Assembly (NCBI RefSeq): GCF_022045235.1
Contig: NW_027266267.1
Location: forward strand, 11,780,001-11,844,000
DNA length: 64,000 nucleotides
Direction: 5' to 3'
Origin: Haliotis cracherodii
Lineage: Eukaryota
Part shown: in pieces, positions 38,737 through 52,387 of the stretch
Position numbering within the stretch: position 1 is the stretch's first letter
Layout: each line of letters opens with the position of its first letter
Translations under genes and position numbers: made by a program
Notes under the pieces: generated by a model
What the model saw: only the letters and a program-made list of their open reading frames with translations
The model's database searches: none
What the model was told of the DNA's origin: nothing

Positions 38737-41700
38737 TCAAACGTATATGTACTTGTCCGGGTGAAGATTAACACTCATGCAGTATCACTGCAGATGTATA
38801 TGTCCTTGTCCAAATGTGGATTGACACACTCATGCTATCTGTAGTGCCACGGGGATATATTTTACACATCCAGTTTCACTATCGCGGTATATTTATTTCT
38901 CCTTATTTTGGTATTAATTCCTTTGTCACAACTTCTATCGATGCGTGTTTGCCGCCATTATAGGCACGTGATTATACTTGTCATACAGAAGAAGGAAACA
39001 CGGCAGCGGAAGAAATATTAACAATGATATAGAAACCTACCGTGGTGGGAGAACATCGAACAGTATGCGGAGCGGTATATGCACTGTGTCATCTGTTACA
39101 TGTCTCTTATGTTCTGTTCAAGGATAGCAGTATTATTCCTTGTTGAAAACGTCCAACTTTAGCACTTTCACGTACCTTACACAAGGATACTTATAACGAC
39201 AGACTACCCTGCATTAACATGAAGTTTCTCCGTATTCCCAATCTTGCCACTTTGGTTTCATATCCACTGTGCTGACAATTACCGCATTGCTCCCAAAGGG
39301 GATTGGGGGTTAAAATACGTCTCATCAACCTATGCTGGTTGTACGAGGCGACTTATTGGATCCGGTCGTCGGGCTCAGTGACTTGTTTATCGTTCCTCAT
39401 GATACCATTCATTGAACTGTCTGGTCGAGATGCCATTGTTTACAGACCACCGTCATCACACTGTAGGAGAAGGAACAATTTGAGAAACACCTAGTACACT
39501 TGACTGAACTGCAGCCAGTTGTGATCCGAGGTTACAGTACGTCATTTCTCCAATGCACGCGTTACTTACTTACAGGTCAAGACCTTTCAGCAGTACTGTT
39601 TGTATTATGACGATTTCAAATTATTCAACATGATAATTGTTATAATATCTTAACTGTGTAGATGTGTGTCCCATAGATCCTAGGTTTGCAGTGATTGTTT
39701 CTAGGATTGTTTCTAGGAGTGGCCTCACTGGATATAACTGGAATACTGGTCAAAGTGGCGTTAAACCCAACCCACTCAGTCACTACATACCGACCTCTTG
39801 ACAGCTCTAACAACTGGAATCAAGAATTGTTTCGTAAAGAAAGACCGAGTCTGTTCCATATTATCATTTGAAACATGTCCCATACATACACGCTACTCAC
39901 TGAGACATGGCGAGGCGTCATGCATAGTTTTATACCACATCTTTACTGTGATTCACTTTGATTATTTATGAATCCGATACATCTTTCATTCCAGTAATAG
40001 TTTTACAGCTATTGAAACATGGAAAATATTTCCGTTGAAAACTGAGTGAGTGAGTTTGGTGTAACGCCGCTTTTAACAGTTTGCCAGTTATATCGCGGCG
40101 TGTCAGCTTAATGTGGGAGGAAAGCCCGAAGTGATGCAGGTCTCAGACGTTTACCACTTCGGTGAAACCCACGAGCACGGATATGGTGCTGACAAACCTA
40201 GAAACATAATCGGGGCGAACCGGGATTCGAACCCACAATCATTGGTTTCTGGCGTGACCAAGGGACGCAACTCTGCACAGCGAATCGCGGCGCTTTAGAC
40301 GACTGGGCCACCCGTGCCCCCCTATTAGCAATATCACGGCGGGGGACACACGACATGTGCTTTACTCATTTTACCCATGTGGGGAATCGAACCCGGGTCT
40401 TCGGCGTAACGAGCAAACGCTTTAACCACTAGGCTCCCTCATCGTAAGGCAAATTACTTTCGCTTAATTTTCTATGATAAAACACTTTGTTATTTGTTAT
40501 CGCTGCTGTAAAAAATATATATAATTGAAATTTCATCTACATTCCTTCTGTTGCTGTTTACCCTGGATCTGAATTATGGATATTAAAGGAAATATTAATG
40601 TAGAAACCAAACACTTCTGTCATAGTTTCAAATAGCATATCATTGCGTCTATTAATAATACAAGGGTCACATGTAGTTTCGCCTCCTGTTTATAAACGCA
40701 ATATGATAATTAAGGAAATGATTTACTTTGAAAATTGAAACGTCAGCGCCAGAGAAGAACCAGTCTCGATTAATCGCTGAAACATATTCCATTTGTCATA
40801 AAAGATATCCTTGAAAATCAGTGATGACGCCAGGTGTTCGCGATAAGGGTTATCATGTCTTGCCCTTCATCAAATTACTGTAGGAAATAGTATTGACAGA
40901 CTCGTTCATAGCTTAATAGAAAACAGTTCCGTGGGATCGAGTAAAGTTGCGAATCAATTTAAACACTAACATTCCACGAAAAAAAACTCATACCTTAAAT
41001 GCGAATCATTTGTTATAATCGGAGTTCTGAAGGATATCATCCCACTTCACTATCATCGGATAAGACTGTAATATTGCCAATGTGACTTTACATTTTATCT
41101 CACCCCTTCTTTACTAACCAAAAACAAATATATTTACTTTGCTTAATAAACAAATTGTTACCCCTCGATGAATTATATTATAATAATAAATAAATAGGTT
41201 CAACACCTGAGCGTGACATGCTCAATAAGTGCTCGTTCGATTGCAGCTTTAAGTCCCCAAGGAGTATACAACCTGCCCATTAGTCGCTAAAATATTTCTG
41301 CATTCACTTTACTCATCTCAAACTACCGGGTGCCCATTCGCTGCTGAGGCAAGTCCACATGTTTTGTGAGTGGGCAGCACCGAAGCCATAGAAACTCTCA
41401 GGGGTCAATCCTCACACGGGCAATCACCCATCAACCAACTCTCCGCAGCCAGAGTTGCTTAATGTTGCCTGCCTTATGACCTGTCCACCACGCACTATCC
41501 AGTACTTGGGCAATTTCCCTTTCAGCAAAATACTTCATTACGCCTGCACTTGCTATGTTCCCTGGTTGTATCAAACAACACTATCACGAAGTATATTTCT
41601 CCCCCTTGATGACAATACATTCATATACATAATAGGTATATTGCAATCCAGTTTTATTTGGAATCTCTCTGGGGACAAATAATTCAACACAAAACAGGAA

Positions 41701-42704
41701 GAAGACTCTCATCTCATACTCCGTGCAGTTCCGGGGAAGAATAGGTCTTCAGCAACCTACGCTTGCTGTATAAAGCGACTCTGCTTGTCGTAAGAGGCGA
41801 CTAAAGGGATCGTGTTGTCAGGCTTGCTGACTTGGTTGATGCATGTCATTGATCCCAATTGCGTGGATCGATACTCATGGTGTCAATCACTGGATTGTCT
41901 GGTCCAGACTCGATTATTCACAGAGCGCCGTCACATAGTTGAACTATTGTAGAAACTTCCTATTTGTGTCGGTGAATATCAAAAGTCGCTTTTAACAGTA
42001 TTCCAGTTATATCGCGGCGTGTCAGCTTAATGTGGGAGGAAAGCCCGAAGTGATGCAGGTCTCAGACGTTTACCACTTCGGTGAAACCCACGAGCACGGG
42101 TATGGTGCTGACAAACCTAGAAACATAATCGGGGCGAACCGGGATTCGAACCCACAATCATTGGTTTCTGGCGTGTCCAAGGGACGCAACTCTGCACAGC
42201 GAATCGCGGCGCCTTAGACGACTGGGCCAGCCCTGCCCCCTTGTTTTATATTAAGACACACAGTGATAAATATTGATCTACGCATATAGTTGGAGTCATA
42301 TAAACTGTGGCTGAAATTGGAACCATCATAATCATGATTTACGACAAAATGGCAGTTTCCTTATTTCGACACACACAGAAATCAGCACACAAATAACCAG
42401 ACAGGAAACTTTGCATTTTAAGAGACAGATATTATACAGGAAAAACAAAACATGTTTACTCGTTGTCTTAGTATTGTTTATTTGTACAGAGGCATATACC
42501 GTCCCGCAATTGTGAGGATGACCAGATTGATCTCAATTCGTTTCTGTTGACGTAAATGCTACAAGGTTTAAATGAAATGTTTTCAATTAAGAACATATCC
42601 CTTCACAAGTTAAAACGAAGTAATGTTGACATTAGCAACCAACTGAGTCCTCAAATGTTTGGGTCAGACAACATAAGATGACTAATCTACAACAGTCGTG
42701 ACTG

Positions 42705-44005
42705 TGGTATGGCTACAGGTGGTATGCGTGCAGGTGGTATGCGTGCAGGTGTTATGGGTGCAGGTGATGTAATTGCAGGTGGTATGAATAATGCAAGTGG
42801 TATGAGCAGTTGGTATGGGTGTAGTTGGTGTGAGTGCAGTGGTATGGGTACAGGTGATATGAGCGGAGGTGGTATGGGTGCAGATGGTTTGAGTGCAGTG
42901 GTATGGGTACAGGTGGTATGAGCGGAGGTGGTATGGGTGCAGATGGTGTGAGTGCAGTGGTATGGGTACAGGTGGTATGAGCGGAGGTGGTATGGGTGCA
43001 GGTGGTGTGAGTGCAGTGGTATGGGTACAGGTGGTATGAGCGGAGGTGGTATGGGTGCAGGTGGTGTGAGTGCAGTGGTATGGGTACAGGTGGTATGAGC
43101 GGAGGTGGTATGGGTGCAGGTGGTGTGAGTGCAGTGGTATGGGTACAGGTGGTATGAGCGGAGGTGGTATGGGTGCAGGTGGTGTGAGTGCAGTGGTATG
43201 GGTACAGGTGGTATGAGCGGAGGTGGTATGGGTGCAGGTGGTGTGAGTGCAGTGGTATGGGTACAGGTGGTATGAGCGGAGGTGGTATGGGTGCAGGTGG
43301 TGTGAGTGCAGTGGTATGGGTACAGGTGGTATGAGCGGAGGTGGTATGGGTGCAGGTGGTGTGAGTGCAGTGGTATGGGTACAGGTGGTATGAGCGGAGG
43401 TGGTATGGGTGCAGGTGGTGTGAGTGCAGTGGTATGGGTACAGGTGGTATGAGCGGAGGTGGTATGGGTGCAGATGGTGTGAGTGCAGTGGTATGGGTGC
43501 AGGTGATATGAGCAGTTGGTATTCATGCAGGTGGTATGGGTACATGTGGCGTAGGTGCAGGTAGTATGGCTGCAGGTGGTATGAGTGCATCTGGTATGAG
43601 TGCAGATGGTATTGGCGCAGGTGGTGTAGGTGTAGGTAGTATGGCTGCAGGTGGTATGAGCTGGTGGAATGGGTGCAGGTGGTGTGAGTGCAGGTGGTGT
43701 TGTTGGAGTGGTGCAGGTGGAGATAGTGTTTTGGGTGCATGTGGTGTAGGTGCAGGTGGCATGGGTGCAGGTTGTGTCAGTGCAGGTGGTGTGAGTGCAT
43801 GTAGTGTGGGTGCAGGTGGCGTGAGTGCAGGTGGTATGGATGCAGGTGATATAAGTGCAGGTGATATTGGTGGTGTGATGTAGGTGCAGGTGTTGAAGGT
43901 GCAGGTGGTATGAGTGCAGGTGGTATGATTGCATCTGGTATGGGTGCAGGTGGTATGGGTGCTGGTGATATGAGCAGTTGGTATGAGTGCAGGTGGTGTA
44001 GGTGC
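42705..44005. repeat. G-rich 15-bp minisatellite containing a 59-bp higher-order repeat
   Basis: Unit gcaggtggtatgggt; near-perfect 59-bp period over ~42832-43500 (~11 copies). Confidence 0.95.
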
Positions 44006-44009
44006 AGAA

Positions 44010-44425
44010 AAAGAATTTTGTATTTATCATTTTCCATGACGTCCTCTACATATTCCGGGTCGTACCATGGGTGGACCTCTGTGTCAAAACCACAAGCATG
44101 GCGAAGACGGTAATAAAATGATCGAGCTACACCATCATGTCGTTTAAGATACTGTGTTGAGCCAAAGCTGGGCATCCACTCACAATGTGTTGGACAGTCT
44201 TATTATATTCATTACATAATCTACATTCCATATTTACATTTTGATGCAAAATCACACATTGACGGTTTCCAGTTGGAAGTGACTGGTCCTGAGCAGCAAT
44301 CAGAAAGCCTTCTGTTCACTTTTGGGGCCAGACGACTTCATCCAAGCGAAGGACTCCGAGGATTGCTGATCTTCTCAACACACTGCACATAAACTCGATG
44401 CAGTGGTCGTTCAGATAGCCTCTAT
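44010..44425 (-). pseudogene. RLE-type non-LTR retrotransposon fragment (R4/Dong-like)
   Basis: EGFLIAAQDQSL, CRLC..HIVSGC zinc knuckle and YLKRHD motifs, with frameshifts. Confidence 0.75.
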
Positions 44426-45828
44426 GAGTAGTAGTAGTAGTAGTAGTATCATTATTATTATTATTATTATTATTATTGTTATCATTAATCATAAAGAGGT
44501 GTCAAATTGAAACTGCTGTACATTTGTAGTTTGCTCTTTGTTTCAATCTAGACACGGATCGAGTTCATAGTTTGGATGAGCATGTCGTTGTTTCGCTCAC
44601 TCGGATGGATCGTAGTGAGGATATTCTTAAACGGTCATGCAGTTAAACTCCCCAACTTATCCCAATATACATGTATATGCTAAAGAAAACTAACTTTAAG
44701 ATTAAATCGTCTAAATAATCAGAAAGAACGCTTCTATATTTATTCATATTATGGAATTCCCAGAGGTTTCCCCAGCAATGTGAAAGTAGCCGTCAGTGTT
44801 TTCGTCATTTCAAGAATGCAGTTTCGTGAAAAACGCGTGAAGCCAAATGTGTCGATCATAAACATATTAACGCCAGTTTCGCGGTCATGTAAACATCACA
44901 TTACAAATTTATATTCATTAAATCAGATACGCTCTTCGTATTTTTCTTCAAAAGTCTTGAAGGTGTCCACAATTTGAAGTTGCAAAGTCAAGTTGACTGC
45001 CAATACATTGCACTCATGTACGTGTAGTGATAACTAAATCCAGAGATGTTTATGTCATGGCTAAGGTGATAGTAAGATCTCTAAAATGTAGCAAAAAAAA
45101 CGCAAAACGTACAGGTATATGTTTCCACCGGCTGTCCTTATGGTTGGACTTGGACATCTGCGTAACTTTAGGGTATAATTTATGAGGAAAACGTGTTTAC
45201 AGATCCCATTGATGCGAGCGACGATCATGGTGGTATAACATGACATAAACTTGATCTTCAGTTCATCTAATCATCATCCGTGATGAAAAGTTTGATATAT
45301 CAGGAAATATTACGAACAAAAAAATGAAACGAACATTTTAGAAACAAAATGTTTATTATGAAACAATCACATTGATAAGAACACGTAGTCACTTCATGAT
45401 TATATCAGTAATACAGTCAGCAAGAGCCAAGTAGTTTATAGTATAAAGTAAATAGGATTTAGCATTCCCAATTGCATTACTGAGCATGAAAAGGTCATAT
45501 ATTAGTTGCAAAAATATGGAAAAGAACTTAAATGGTAAAATGGTACAAATTATTCCAATGCGTAGGTTTTCATACAGCAGTTAAAATAAATACACATGAA
45601 TAAAACAAGGTACTTGACATCAGTGTTCCCATGTGTGTCACCTTGTATTTTGTATGAACTGATGACTGATTTGTTCTTCATGAAATAATGATTGTACTTA
45701 TTTCAAAAACGTCAAATTAAGCGTTTTGAAATAGCAAATTTGCAAAATATGTTGAAATATATCAAGGATCTATTGATACTCGTATTCTCATTATTGTGGA
45801 GGTACCCGGGTATTCACCGACATGTTAT

Positions 45829-48800
45829 TCAATGCAACTCGCTATCAGATGGATTGTGATCTTGATTCAAAGTAGTATATTCATCATTCTGTGCTTGTCT
45901 TCTAAGATATTCATATTCGTTTCTGGTAACGCAGTCAGCTGCATGCTTTCCCTCAGTCGAGTATAACAGCAAACTATCTGATTCATTAATCACTTGATTC
46001 AATAACACTAAAACGGTATCTGATGATGTGGTAGGAAATGGCATAACCTGCCTTTGATCAAGTATGTCCGTCTGAAGTTCGTCTGTTTGATTAACAGTTG
46101 AACGTGTTTCAGGGACAGTTGTGTTAAAAGCATCAGCTATTGTCAACGGGAAGCTTATTTGACCCGCAGCAAAATCTGAAACTGACTCTTCACAGCATTC
46201 ATCTTCTTCCTCATCTCCAAAACTTGTGCTTCCCTTTTCTTTTTCTGTTTCATCTTCCTTGATTGCTAATTCATCCAGACTTTCTAAATCGACGTTTTTT
46301 AACTCCAGACTGAGAGGCAAAATTCTAACCTCCTGATAATCAACGTCACTTCCTACTGACCTATGTCCAGGGACAGCGATTGAGGCTGACAAATGTGAAT
46401 CCTCTATCACATCATATCCTCGATCTGTCATGTTCTCCAGTGACACACTTATATTGTTTGTTGGTGTCGTAAATGACTGCGGAAACCTGTCAATATATAA
46501 GGCATGCCGTTGTTAACAACACGTAATGCATAATAGTTGCAAGGAACTCGTTTGATATGCGTACATCAATAATCAAATACAATATTTATATACATACGAA
46601 TACATGATATACTACTATGTTCGAGGTCTGAACGCCCGTATGAAGTTAAGGTTATAATCAAGGCATGGGAGAAATTAACTACGAATTAATTATAGCCTGG
46701 TCATCTGCGTCTGCCAGTGACATGATCAGTATGAAACTTTATAGCCTACCTTATATTCCAGTAATCTGTAATAAAACAAGGCAAAACGTAAGGTACATGT
46801 CTGTCTCTAAACCATATAACAAAACTGAAATCGCTTTTACATGAATCCAATGGTTAATGTCTCAGAAATATATATTATTTATGATTTCATCTCACCTCTG
46901 ATATGCTCAACTCGGAAGAGAAAAACAGTAGCAATGCTGATCAAGGCGATAGCTACTATGGAACATCCAATGATAATGGAACTGGTAGAAGAACCTGCAT
47001 TTTCTGAAAAGGGTGTAAAAATGTCTTTCACGGCTAATGCATAGTCTCTATGCCACACGTGTAAAAATGAGCATTTTTTACAACAATTTATGTCAACACG
47101 TCCGATCAATGAAATGAGTTACTACACAAACGTGAGATCAATTTTTCACAATGAATCATTATTCTGTTGTCTTCATATTGCTCACATTTGCATTTAACCG
47201 TTAAGGAAGACGCATACATCGTGTCGCATTCGGAAACGAACAATTATTTGTTCACCTCAGTCTTGTGGCTCATTCATTTTATCACATTTCTTGATGGGAT
47301 TGTCTTCTTCGCTTAAGTCCGTCCTTTACAGTGATAAAATGACCAAAACCTGACAGAAAAGACATGCATTTTTTGTAAACAAAATAAATATATACCTTCG
47401 GGACGTGAAGCGATGATGATAACGTCGATCGTTGCTTCGTCACATTCAAAACTAAAAATATATGCTCCAAAGTCGCTTTCGGTGATGTTGGTAATTGTGA
47501 GTGTAAAGTCATATACGTTATTTGTTGATGGTTTGGTTGACAACTTATACTTTTCACTTGCAGTGATGTCTCTTGGATTTCCATATTTTGCAAAGTACCA
47601 TTTTGTCACTACAGGTTCTGGGTAGGCACAAATGGTGAACTTGACTTTTCCAGAAGGGGGTTTGCCATCAGTTTCATTTTCAATTTCACAATCCTTTGAA
47701 TCTCGTTTCCTTGGCAGAGCTGAAATGTTCAAAACATATGTGTTCTAATGTTCCATACTAATAATACTTTATTTTAAGATTTTGTTTTAACGTGACAGAA
47801 AGAAATCTTAATTGTAAGATTTTGACTTAACGTGACACAAAGATTTTTTTTTACAATGTACATGAAAACTGAATGAAAACCAAAAACAGACCTATGAATG
47901 TACGCCCACTGCTGTAGTCATTAAGAGTTCCTTTTTACGGAAATTAACCTTAGGGAAATGATTGTCAGATGACCAAAAGTGAATGTTTGTGTCTTTCGAG
48001 AAAGTATTTGAAACAAACACAATAATCGTATTTACTTTGCAGAGTAGCCACGTGTGCATTTTCTTCAGATGTACCCATACTGTTGTTGGCTCTACAAAAG
48101 TACTGTCCAAACTGAGAACAGCTTCTGATATGTATCACATGATCAAATACATGTTCTTGTCTTCTGAGCATGCCGACTGAAGACTTGTTGCTCCCAACTT
48201 GAACAACATGCACATGTGGATGTGGGTAACCATCAACCACACACGTGAACTTGGCAGTTTGATTTACACTGAATGTTATCATGAATGTCCCGTTTACAGT
48301 CAGATTCATTATCTCAGGTTTCACTGTAGGAAGAAAACAAAAACAAAGAGACAATGATGGAAACCTTGTCCGACATTCCATGATAATAATTACATGTACG
48401 GAAGTACTTAGACAGAATATTACTGAAAACGATATTTATTCATTCTTTATATTCGGCATACACACATTGCAGTAAGTTTATGACCTTTCAAGATATTTTC
48501 CATACGTATTTCAACCACCTTCCTAAGCATCAAAATGTTACTACCGTGCTCTATAAAGATCTTTGGGCTTTTACCAGACACGGTGTGTATTCACAAACAA
48601 CAGGAACATATTATATATACATCAAAATTATGTAATGTTTATTATTAGTTAAAACGTTCTTAATTGCTGTTCTGTCTGTTTACAGGTGATATTTTGTTTA
48701 CTCAGAGCCAAACAAATAATTGTGTGGTAAGGTAGTCAAGCTAACCTCGTCTTGTATCACTACTGACCATATGATCGTGAAAATCATAGTGTATCATTTT

Positions 48801-50064
48801 GTAAGGAAAAGAAAAGCATTTAAACATATGTTTCCCAATGATGTAGTTAGTTGTATTTACAATTTTGCTATAAATCACGAGACAAACTCATATTGGCAGA
48901 TGTAAATTACAAGAATGTGAAGACATGCGATGCAGGGAATAACGTACGTACATGGCCATTCCATCACACTAAGGAAAAGAAAAGCATTTAAACATATGTT
49001 TCCAAATGATGTAGTTAGTTGTATTTACAATTTTGCTTTAAATCACAAGACAAACTCATATTGGCAGATGTAAAATACAAGAATGTGAAGACACGCGATG
49101 CAGGGAATGACGTACGTACGTGGCCATTCCATCACACTATTATTACTCCATTCCGACTTGAGTCCCTTTTCCTCCGTAGCCTGACATGAATAGTTACCCA
49201 TGTCCTGTCTCTTGAAGCCATTGATTGTCAAGTTAGACCCTACCATCTGATGCCTTCCTCCACTCAGCATCCGGGTGCTGCCTCTTCTCCAGATGTAGGA
49301 CATAGTCAGATTGTGGTCCCTGGGAAGATTCCGTGACGTTGAGGAACATATCAGGGTAACATTCTGACCGACTTGTGGCTTGATAGAGGTAGTGATTTTT
49401 GGTTTTGTAGGTACACCTATATCAACATGATTGACATTATAAATGTTTACTTTCTCATAATAGCAAATATGCATTCATGTTTGTTTCTTTTGCATATCAA
49501 TGTAAATGTGTTTATGATATCACATAGCTGTATTGACGATAATTACAAAACTTTATTTTGCTTTGTCTATGATGGTCTATGATAAAAACATGTAGTTCGC
49601 CCATCAAAATACTTTTCTCTTAATTAGTCTTCTTCGTACTTACGTGCGACAACTAAGACGTGCTCGCAAGTGGTACCCTCACAGAAGTACCTGCCAGCAT
49701 CTGCTACTGTAACGTCGTACAATAGAAACCGAATGACATTCGCCGCAGATGAAGTTATTACTTCGGTGATTATGATTCGTAGCCAGTAGAAATACTCTAC
49801 GTAAATTGCATTAGACTCCAGTCTAAAAATGTACCTGCCAGAGTCTGACTTTACATGATATAAATGTCCATACTGAGGTACTCTCCAGGTTACCGTCGCA
49901 TTGTCACCCACACATAGCACTGTGTAGTTAGTGTCCCCATCTGCGCGATCTGTTGTAGACAAATAATACACATGTATTTATCACCTAATGACATTTACTT
50001 CGTCTTGTGACATCAATGATAATAAAGGTAGTCGGGTCAAGCAAGCAGGTCTCAGACATGTTAC

Positions 50065-50113
<49 letters not shown>

Positions 50114-51868
50114 CACATGTATTTACATGTAGTTACACTGAAGAGCTGTCATGAGACAGCGAAAGTACTATGTCTGAAACTGATATAAGGAAGATGATGG
50201 GCTAACGTGGACTTATTTTATTATATATTACATGTACACCGAGTGAACATTTACCTCATTTTTGTATATATATATTTGTCTATTCGTTAGGTATAAATGC
50301 GTGTAGGTATAAGTATAACTCACATTCCCCATCCAGGACATGACCCAAGCTCCAGTCGGATCGAAACAGATGTTTCAGCACCTCAACCTGACAAGCGTAC
50401 GTGGCATTATCTTCGCTCTTGTCTTTACTGATAGTCAAGGTATTGGTGTAGGATATGGCATAATACGAAAACCACCCATAATCTACGGAAACCTGATATT
50501 TCCCGTCAATAGTCAGTTTGATGCCATTTCTTCTCCAGGTGACTGATACATGTAGATGAGAAACTGGGGATGATCTGATGATGGAGTAACATGTCAGATT
50601 GGCCGTGTCCCTAGGCTGAGCTGTATCCTGTGTCACTATGTAGGGAGCTTGGATATCTGAAAGTATACATTACCCTGTAATATTTAAGTTTCCTATCACC
50701 CCACCATGTAATTCGAACACTTCACTGTTTTGTGAGAAATAAATATTCTGTAGGTGATGAAGAAAACACTTGATTCTTAATTATATGATTAATGACTGTT
50801 ATGCCGATAAGTTGTGATAAGTCTATCACTCACAAATATTACCAATATTTATATGCAGATATGGGGTTAAAAAGTAGCACAAGGGTAATACCTCTTTTAC
50901 CCTAGATTTTACCCTTCTTGTTAGTTTACTCGGTTGATACTCACGTATTACAACAAGCCTCTGACCACACTCAGCAATAATCGTCCCCCTGGAACCAGGT
51001 GAACCGCTGTAACATGAATAATTGCCATCGGCTGACCAAATCCCTGCATCAAACAGTTGGAAACTGAACACTCCTGATCCTGAAGCACTTATGTTTCCTC
51101 TGAATATTGTCCTCAATGTGTATTCATCATTGACTTTCACTTTGTTATAGTCCGTAACGTGAAAAAGATAGTCGGATGAATGTCTCACTGTGAATTCCCT
51201 TATTTCTGGTTTGGGCAAGTTCCACGACAGCGTGGCTGTACGTCCATGCTGAACAAACACAGTTGTCTGGGCTGAAATACAATTACGTCTATTTCGTGAC
51301 AATTGTCTGCTCGTGTTTCATAACCCTCGATTTTACCTCTCAGGTGTCAGTTTTACCAACATTCATATTACCATACCAAAAATGTATATGTGCTGACTGA
51401 TCCGACTTTCAATACACAGGCACATGGGAATATTGTCGAAATATACCTTTAAGGGTATTTTCTAATCCTTTCATTTGATAAACAAGTAAAATGTTTCCGT
51501 AACGAATTGCCTCGATCCATAAGGAATGTATTGTAATCACAAATTATAGGTTTGCGATTTGGAACAATGTTTAGAGACATCTTATCTTAGTATCACAACC
51601 TACGGAAAAAGAAACAGTCTGTTTGCCAGAAATGTTTATAAAACCAAGCGTGTATTTGAAATGATAACAAAACCTCTGGTATAATTTCCTTCTTAGAAAT
51701 CATGTAATGTGTACACGTAATTGCAGTTGAATCGAGATGCGAGGTAAAAAAAGGATCTGAGATTAAAAAAAGCAGCAGTACTTTGTTACCTTTATCTTGG
51801 CAAACTCCTCTTATGCAGCAGCATACAGTGACAAGAAGTCCATAACTAAATGCCAAGGTCATCTTCAT
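45829..51868 (-). CDS. IgSF type-I receptor, V-C-V-C-C-Ig-TM with tyrosine-motif cytoplasmic tail (~911 aa)
   Basis: Exons 51868-51790 (SP), 51271-50945, 50656-50324, 49949-49644, 49416-49120, 48323-48036, 47719-47396 (one Ig domain each, phase 1-1), 47003-46896 (TM), 46765-46750 (16-nt microexon), 46486-45829 (tail); DxGxYxC motifs. Confidence 0.88.
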
Positions 51869-52387
51869 TTTCTTGATAACAGATGTAGGATTATAGTTGT
51901 AGTAATCACTATGCAATAGAAAATGCATGTATCGCTGTCAAAGAACTATTCGTCAGCGACATTTGTTTTTCCGAAGCAACACTTATTGGCAACTGCATTC
52001 TTTGGCCATGGGGTCAAGCACTTATTCCTCTGAACTAAAGTGGATTGTCTCAGATTCTTCGGTTCAGTGCAAATACTCACTGCGTGCTAAATGTGTCCCC
52101 CTGAGGCCAGGTCTTTCGCTCGTGTGCACCCTGGCTGTTAGTCGAGAGTTTCCGTGTACCTCTCGTACTGACACACGGAACACGTGACTATCATACATAA
52201 TTGAACTATAAACTACACACTACAAATGTGCAATTCAGCATGATTTACATGTACATTTCACAAATAATATCACATTAATACTGTATAATACTTACTCAGA
52301 TGTAAACACGGGTGTTATGCTCTTTGTAAGTTAATTGATCAAATTTTCAAAAGGCCCTTGACACTCATTTAATTCTGTGTAGTTTTC

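Noticed and set aside
40113-40298. Repeated MGGKPEVMQ... ORFs (also 36896 and 42032)
   Set aside because: Antisense reading of SINE family B.
42682-44030. Long His/Thr/Cys/Pro-rich ORFs (352 and 447 aa) and similar ones at 56165-57078
   Set aside because: They are translations of stop-poor minisatellites, open in several frames; the 59-bp period is not a multiple of 3.
47282-47349. Alternative terminal exon giving a secreted Ig isoform
   Set aside because: It would need a ~46-nt intron and has no other support.
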